From a virus: a DNA stretch of 56,024 nucleotides. The position numbers and the translations under genes are program-made. Below are positions 51,161 through 56,024 of the stretch, one piece after another. Where the stretch lies: IMG/VR virus record IMGVR_UViG_3300045988_135919, positions 1 to 56,024 of that record. One strand, written 5' to 3'. The notes beneath the pieces were generated by a model. That model made no database searches and was not told where the DNA came from. It saw only the letters and a program-made list of their open reading frames with translations. Positions within the stretch are counted from its first letter, which is position 1. Each line of letters opens with the position of its first letter.

Positions 51161-51198
51161 TTTCGGTGAAATTTTAACGAGAACACTTGTTTATAACT
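51161..51198 (+). promoter_or_regulatory. Bipartite motif copy C: TTTCGGTG-N22-TTATAACT
   Basis: Read directly. Ends 32 nt upstream of the -35 at 51231. Confidence 0.6.
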
Positions 51199-51230
51199 CC
51201 AAAAATTTTTCAAAAAATCAATTTTATTTA

Positions 51231-51259
51231 TTGACAAACTTGTAATAAAATTTTATAAT
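51231..51259 (+). promoter_or_regulatory. Consensus promoter (TTGACA-17-TATAAT)
   Basis: -35 at 51231-36, -10 at 51254-59. Confidence 0.75.
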
Positions 51260-51306
51260 GAAATTACTAAAGAATATAAGCCCCATAAATGTGAGGAGTT
51301 GATAAT

Positions 51307-51555
51307 ATGGTGTACCGTTTCTTGTACAAGTTTCCTAATGATGCTAATAAACTTATTGATGGCAGATACATTAGTTTTGTCCAAAATGAGGTAAACATTC
51401 ATCGTGGGAAACTTTTTCATGTTTTTAACCGAGAACAACTATGTTGTTATGCTGAGGCAAAACGTCTTGTAGATAGATTTCAACCTGGAAAAAGTGTTTA
51501 TGACTTTTTCGATGAACTTTCTAATGAGGAGGTTACAGCATGGAGAAAGAAATAA
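51307..51555 (+). CDS. Hypothetical protein
   Basis: 82 aa. GAGGAG RBS. Confidence 0.55.
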   Translation: MVYRFLYKFPNDANKLIDGRYISFVQNEVNIHRGKLFHVFNREQLCCYAEAKRLVDRFQPGKSVYDFFDELSNEEVTAWRKK

Positions 51556-53000
51556 GCGATTTAACTAAAGAGGAATTATTAAATCCAGCCTTTATTCCAA
51601 GCATATTTGAAGGGTACACAGATGAAAATGAAAGACAAAATATTTTAATTGAAGTACTTGAAGTTGCGAAAGAACAAAGGGTGCTGGGTAAAGTTAAAAA
51701 TGCAATATCGAAGTGCACTCATGAAGTTAAAGTTGTTAATAACACTTTAAATGCTATTCTTGTACTTACACCACAAGGCAATCCAGAAGTGTCTACTGAA
51801 AATTTTGTTACTGTTATGGAAACCGATGAAAGAATTAAAAATTTATTTTATTACGATGAGTTTATACAACAACCAATAAATACTAAAACACACACATGGT
51901 GGAGTGATAACGATGATAAAGAATTAAGATGCTTTATTGAAAAAGAATATGGTATTTATAATTCAAACAAATATTATGATGCTTTTGGTAAAATATTGAT
52001 GAAACGAAAAGTACATCCTATTAAAAATATAATCGAAAGTGAAAAATGGGATGGTGTTCCCAGAATAGATAAATTTTTAATAAATATTATGGGTTGTGAT
52101 GACGATGATTATTCAAGAGAAGTATCACGTATGATATTTTATGGTGGTATTAATAGGTTGTATAATCCGGGATGTAAATTTGATTATATGCCAATATTAA
52201 TTGGTAAACAAGGAACAGCAAAAAGTTCATTAATTAGTTGGTTAGCACTTAAAGATGATTATTATAAAGAGATAAATACCATTGAAGGTAAAGACGGTAT
52301 GGAAATACTTGATGGAGCGTGGATTTGTGAAATGGCTGAACTTTTAGCTATGGTTCGTAGTAAAGAAGTCGAATCGATGAAATCTTATTTATCAAGATGT
52401 AGTGATAAATTCCGTAAGTCATATGATAGACGTACAAGTATTAACCCTAGAACATGTATTTTTATTGGAACAACAAACAGTTATAACTTTTTAACAGACC
52501 AAAGTGGTAACAGAAGATATTTACCAATTGAAGTACATTCCGACGGTCCTACAATATACGCTTACAAAGAAGAAATACAAACATGTATTTTGCAATGTTG
52601 GCGAGAAGCTTTGTACCTAATGACTAACGGAAAAACATATTTGTCAATACCCACTAAATATTTAAAAACGTTACAAGACAAACAACAAGAATACAAGATG
52701 GAAGATCCAATGACAAATGACGTAATAAATTATTTAGATACATTAGAAGTTGGGGATAAAGTTTGTATTAAAGATATTTGGGTAAAAGCTAGAAAACAAC
52801 CACAATTCACATTAAGTCGTGCTTATAGTGATAAAATATGTAGTATCATCAATAGTCTTAATGATTGGAAAAAAATAAGTTCAATGCGACATAAAGAATA
52901 TGGTGTCCAAAAAGGTTGGGTTAAAATTGAACCAGCAATTGATGAGAACTTAAACGATCCAATATTAAGTTTTAGTAAAAATTATAATGATTTAGATTAG
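51540..53000 (+). CDS. VirE/VapE-family P-loop NTPase (phage primase-helicase type)
   Basis: 486 aa. WDGVPRID...PGCKFDYMPILIGKQGTAKSS (Walker A)...WICEMAEL...FRKSYDRR...FIGTTN..FLTDQSGNRRYLPIEV. Confidence 0.8.
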   Translation: MEKEISDLTKEELLNPAFIPSIFEGYTDENERQNILIEVLEVAKEQRVLGKVKNAISKCTHEVKVVNNTLNAILVLTPQGNPEVSTENFVTVMETDERIKNLFYYDEFIQQPINTKTHTWWSDNDDKELRCFIEKEYGIYNSNKYYDAFGKILMKRKVHPIKNIIESEKWDGVPRIDKFLINIMGCDDDDYSREVSRMIFYGGINRLYNPGCKFDYMPILIGKQGTAKSSLISWLALKDDYYKEINTIEGKDGMEILDGAWICEMAELLAMVRSKEVESMKSYLSRCSDKFRKSYDRRTSINPRTCIFIGTTNSYNFLTDQSGNRRYLPIEVHSDGPTIYAYKEEIQTCILQCWREALYLMTNGKTYLSIPTKYLKTLQDKQQEYKMEDPMTNDVINYLDTLEVGDKVCIKDIWVKARKQPQFTLSRAYSDKICSIINSLNDWKKISSMRHKEYGVQKGWVKIEPAIDENLNDPILSFSKNYNDLD

Positions 53001-53024
53001 TTGAAAAAATTTTTCAACTTTTTT
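53000..53024 (+). terminator. Rho-independent terminator
   Basis: GTTGAAAA-aat-TTTTCAAC followed by T6. Confidence 0.65.
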
Positions 53025-53035
53025 AATAAAAAGTA

Positions 53036-53064
53036 TTGACTTTTGGTGTCTTATAGTGTATTAT
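53036..53064 (+). promoter_or_regulatory. Early promoter (TTGACT-17-TATTAT)
   Basis: -35 at 53036-41, -10 at 53059-64. Twin of the promoter at 43065. Confidence 0.7.
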
Positions 53065-53090
53065 ATTATTCAACAAAGGAGGAAATTAAT

Positions 53091-53264
53091 ATGAATACAG
53101 AAGAATATTATGGAGGAACATATCCGTCACCTGACGAATATGAAGACGAAAAGGATTTATACGAAGATAAAGGGTACGATGAAGATTATTATATGGACCA
53201 ATATTTTGAAGAAAGATATGAGTCCAATCCATCTGACTCCATACAACCAAACGAGGGGGAATAA
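53091..53264 (+). CDS. 57-aa strongly acidic early protein
   Basis: AAGGAGG RBS. EYEDEKDLYEDKGYDEDYYMDQYFEERYES. The track start at 53043 lies inside the promoter. Confidence 0.55.
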   Translation: MNTEEYYGGTYPSPDEYEDEKDLYEDKGYDEDYYMDQYFEERYESNPSDSIQPNEGE

Positions 53265-53270
53265 AGGATA

Positions 53271-54251
53271 ATGAGCAAATATGGAATTAAAAGAAGAAAA
53301 AGTGGGTTAACTGTTTTAGATGTGGCAAATGAATTAAATATATCATATGATAAATATTTAGAAATAGAAAGAGGAGAGGTTAAAATGCCAAAAAATTTAA
53401 TAGATAAATTCAACGAATTAATAAATAGGGGAAAACACATCAATCAATTAAATAGTACGCAAAAAGAAATTGAAATAAATAATTGGTTTGATGACATAAC
53501 AACAAAAAGCGATGATACCGGAACATATAAATTAAATGATCTAATGAAAGAGTTTAATATTGATAAACAATATGATTTAGCGAAATTATTGGGAATCTGT
53601 CCTAGTTATTTATCCAGTGCTTTAAATAAAACATCAACTGCTTGTAATCAGAAAATAAAGAATAGACTGTATGATTTCTTTCACAATGAATTAAATATAC
53701 AACCTGTTAAGAAGAAATCCATTAAGAAACCAATTAAAATTGAAGATGCCAATATAGATGATCTATTTAGATGGTGGGAAAATTTTGATTTTAAGGATTT
53801 TATAGATAAAAATAAAATAAGACAAAACTATATTGCTGAGCAAATAGGTGTTGCAAATAGTACCATTTGCCGTCTTTATACCACGCATGCTACACCACAT
53901 GTTTACACCTTAGCTAATATTAAAAATTTTGTAGAAAATTATAACAAGGATGAAATAGAAGAATTAAAAGAACAAATGCCAGAGTTACCAACAGAGGTAG
54001 AACCACTTGTTACACCTCATGCTGTTATAAAAGATTTATATAATATTGCTAAAGAAGTTAAAAAAGACGATAGTGTAGTGGAAGTTATAAAATCTAAGAT
54101 AGATTTATATTTAAACAATCTTGAAGGCTTGGAATATGAAATCGTAAAATTAAATAAACAGCTTAATGAACGTAAAAAAGAAATGGAATCGTTAACTAGT
54201 AAAAAAGACGCATTGTTAGAAGTATTAAATGATTTAGAAAGTGGGGAGTAA
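53271..54251 (+). CDS. Double-HTH DNA-binding protein with C-terminal coiled coil
   Basis: 326 aa. HTH1 LTVLDVANELNISYDKYLEIERG. HTH2 IRQNYIAEQIGVANSTICRLY. Confidence 0.6.
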   Translation: MSKYGIKRRKSGLTVLDVANELNISYDKYLEIERGEVKMPKNLIDKFNELINRGKHINQLNSTQKEIEINNWFDDITTKSDDTGTYKLNDLMKEFNIDKQYDLAKLLGICPSYLSSALNKTSTACNQKIKNRLYDFFHNELNIQPVKKKSIKKPIKIEDANIDDLFRWWENFDFKDFIDKNKIRQNYIAEQIGVANSTICRLYTTHATPHVYTLANIKNFVENYNKDEIEELKEQMPELPTEVEPLVTPHAVIKDLYNIAKEVKKDDSVVEVIKSKIDLYLNNLEGLEYEIVKLNKQLNERKKEMESLTSKKDALLEVLNDLESGE

Positions 54252-54253
54252 TT

Positions 54254-54958
54254 ATGTTGCCTATTCCAAAAGTATATAAAGTTGATTATGATTTTTTAAT
54301 AAAAAATTACTTAGATCCTTCTTTGTGGAAAAAAACATGGACAATATATGTATATAAAGACAATATATTCACAATTAGTTTAAATAGTATATATTGTGCT
54401 AGTAGAGATATTAACTTTAAAATATCGTATAATAAATTACAACCATGGGGATCAGAAGTAGTTACGTATCCTCTTGATGGACAAATGAGTATTAATATCC
54501 TGATGAAGAAAATAAATGGAACTATTTGGAATTTAATGTGTAACCATGAAAACGATTTGATAGTACAATCCGATGGTTATAAGAGAATAGAATCACAAAT
54601 TAGCGAGGAAGAGGATATATTACGAGAAATAGCCGAAGAATTTCTTGACGACAATAATGTTACGAATGATAGTATTCGTGAAGCATATATAGATACATAT
54701 GTTGATGATAATTCAAAAATACACACAATGTTAGCGAATTACGTTACTGGTTGTCGATATACATTTTTAACAGAAGATATGTTAATTTTTACAAAAGCAA
54801 CAGATGATAAAGCCAGATTTGATACAGTTGTGAGAGCAAATTCAAGCAATACTATTGATGAAATAATGGCTTATGTTACAGAAGAAATGGCTAAGTGGGA
54901 AGATGAAAATATTGATAATACTCGTAGAGAATATTATGCCAATTGTGAGGCGATTTAA
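54254..54958 (+). CDS. Hypothetical protein
   Basis: 234 aa. Confidence 0.55.
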   Translation: MLPIPKVYKVDYDFLIKNYLDPSLWKKTWTIYVYKDNIFTISLNSIYCASRDINFKISYNKLQPWGSEVVTYPLDGQMSINILMKKINGTIWNLMCNHENDLIVQSDGYKRIESQISEEEDILREIAEEFLDDNNVTNDSIREAYIDTYVDDNSKIHTMLANYVTGCRYTFLTEDMLIFTKATDDKARFDTVVRANSSNTIDEIMAYVTEEMAKWEDENIDNTRREYYANCEAI

Positions 54959-55222
54959 ATGAGAACAATACCTAGATGGAATAGACTACTACATAAATAT
55001 GTAGACGTTAGAATACCAGATGATTGGTATGTATCCACTTTTGAAAAAGATATGAGTAAAATTGTAAATTGTGCAAATTGTGGTAAGGAAATAACATTTG
55101 GTGGCGGTTATACGTCACAAGAGTATCATGAAAAGAGTTTTGGTTTTGGTTATACTGTTTGCGAGAAATGTTCCGAAGAAGAAACAAAAAGAAGGTTAGC
55201 ATATTATGATAAGTCAGAATAA
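54959..55222 (+). CDS. Zinc-ribbon protein
   Basis: 87 aa. CANCGK...CEKCSEE. Confidence 0.5.
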   Translation: MRTIPRWNRLLHKYVDVRIPDDWYVSTFEKDMSKIVNCANCGKEITFGGGYTSQEYHEKSFGFGYTVCEKCSEEETKRRLAYYDKSE

Positions 55223-56015
55223 ATGGGATACATTAGTAAAGTTATATATCAACCGTGGATTAAAAATATTTCCAGTTGTTGCAAATGGTAAAACACCAGC
55301 CATACAAATGTGGCAAAAAGATTGTTCTAGTGACAGTCTGCAAGTTCTTTATTGGCTTGAAAATAATAAAAATGGTAATTGGGGATTACCAGCAACGCCA
55401 AATAATCTGTTTATCATTGACCTAGATGTCCATGATATAGATAAAAATGGTATAAAATTTTTTGAGAAATTATGTTGTGACATAGATTTAAAAGGTGAAC
55501 AATTTGATACCCTAATTCAAACAACGCCGAGCGGTGGAAAACATTTGATATATAAGAGCGACGAAGATCTGAGTGCGATAGCAAATGGTTCAAATGTATT
55601 CAAAGACTATCCGGGAATTGATTTTCGTACTGATGGATATATTGTTGTAGAACCATCTATCATTAATAACAAAGAATACAGGTTTTTTAACAATATAGAA
55701 CCACAAGCGATGCCACAAAAATTAAAAGATTATATTTTAAACAATGCTGAACGAAAGGGTAAAGAAAAAAAACCCTACGTTAAACCTAAAGAAACAGTTT
55801 TAACTGGGAATAGAGATGACCAATTGTTTGCATACATTACAAATCTATACTATAAAACAAGATTAGATATTGATGAAGTTTCGATATTAGCTCACAATTT
55901 TAACAAAACAATGCTAGATGATCCTTTACCTGATAAAGATGTTGAGTATAAAGTTAGAAAAGCCTTTCAAAAAGATAGAGCTAAATGTTTATTTATCATA
56001 TTACCAGATGAATAA
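55206..56015 (+). CDS. Bifunctional primase-polymerase (AEP/PrimPol N-terminal domain) protein
   Basis: 269 aa. IFPVVANGKTPAIQMWQ...LFIIDLDVHD...TPSGGKHLIY...GIDFRTDGYIVVEPS. Confidence 0.7.
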   Translation: MISQNKWDTLVKLYINRGLKIFPVVANGKTPAIQMWQKDCSSDSLQVLYWLENNKNGNWGLPATPNNLFIIDLDVHDIDKNGIKFFEKLCCDIDLKGEQFDTLIQTTPSGGKHLIYKSDEDLSAIANGSNVFKDYPGIDFRTDGYIVVEPSIINNKEYRFFNNIEPQAMPQKLKDYILNNAERKGKEKKPYVKPKETVLTGNRDDQLFAYITNLYYKTRLDIDEVSILAHNFNKTMLDDPLPDKDVEYKVRKAFQKDRAKCLFIILPDE

Positions 56016-56024
56016 AAAAAAAAT
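55950..56024. repeat. Second copy of the 75-bp terminal overlap
   Basis: Identical to 1-75. Confidence 0.95.

Noticed and set aside
996-55202. Many track ORFs nested antisense or out of frame within longer genes. Examples: 996-1307, 4946-5173, 5204-5581, 5741-6019, 6418-6687, 7256-7444, 7813-8124, 8374-8580, 9280-9483, 9725-9916, 10055-10724, 12049-12461, 14261-14503, 14722-15268, 16710-16964, 17213-17494, 18062-18430, 18904-19221, 19778-20095, 20715-20999, 23183-25817, 31538-32110, 32931-33291, 33668-33856, 34492-34801, 36662-37051, 37537-38083, 44384-44602, 46122-46316, 47468-47665, 47913-48128, 48225-48410, 49892-50074, 50164-50346, 51253-51438, 51533-51718, 53189-53443, 55008-55202.
   Set aside because: They lack RBSs and have the Leu/Ser/Phe/Ile-rich composition typical of antisense frames in A/T-rich DNA. 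They lie wholly inside better-supported genes with recognisable motifs or synteny.

Overview
The window is one complete, circularly closed genome of about 55.95 kb. Bases 1-75 exactly repeat 55950-56024. It is an AT-rich siphovirus-type tailed phage with Firmicutes-like expression signals: GGAGG ribosome-binding sites, TTGACA-17-TATAAT promoters, hairpin plus T-run terminators and one perfect Cheo/LexA box.

Layout:
(1) A plus-strand early/replication arm runs from 43.2 kb through the junction to 12.8 kb. It encodes an SF2 helicase, a VirE-like primase-helicase NTPase, a PrimPol, an Hjc-like resolvase and two NUMOD4-HNH homing endonucleases. It also carries a DNA polymerase ORF fused in frame to an ERF-like annealase, an SPFH/prohibitin-like membrane protein, a YqaJ-like exonuclease and a DUF669-like protein. 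It ends with an accessory cassette at 9.6-12.8 kb.
(2) A minus-strand packaging/morphogenesis/lysis arm runs from 38.4 kb down to 12.9 kb. It encodes an HNH nuclease, MazG, an ORF-free ~1-kb RNA plus tRNA-Cys unit, TerL, a Com-like Zn-ribbon protein and the portal. Scaffold, major capsid, neck, major tail, G/T chaperones, tape measure, tail tip and fibers follow. It ends with a LexA-N-like mini protein, holin, M23 endolysin and two mini sigma-region-4-like HTH proteins.
(3) A repeat-dense control region at 38.5-43.2 kb holds non-coding transcription units, tiny ORFs, a 46-bp perfect A/T palindrome, an 11-mer iteron field and a displaced, monocistronic terS.

I found no integrase, CI-type repressor, partition genes, CRISPR array or reverse transcriptase.

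The most interesting items are:
- the large structured RNA + tRNA unit (ROOL/GOLLD-class candidate)
- the Pol-HeH-ERF fusion
- the Cys-rich / BclA-C-like accessory cassette with a riboswitch-like attenuator
- the bipartite motif TTTCGGTG-N21/22-TTATAACT (4 copies)
- the iteron/palindrome region
- the Cheo box together with a LexA-DNA-binding-domain-only protein

All functional calls rest on motifs read by eye. No database search was run.
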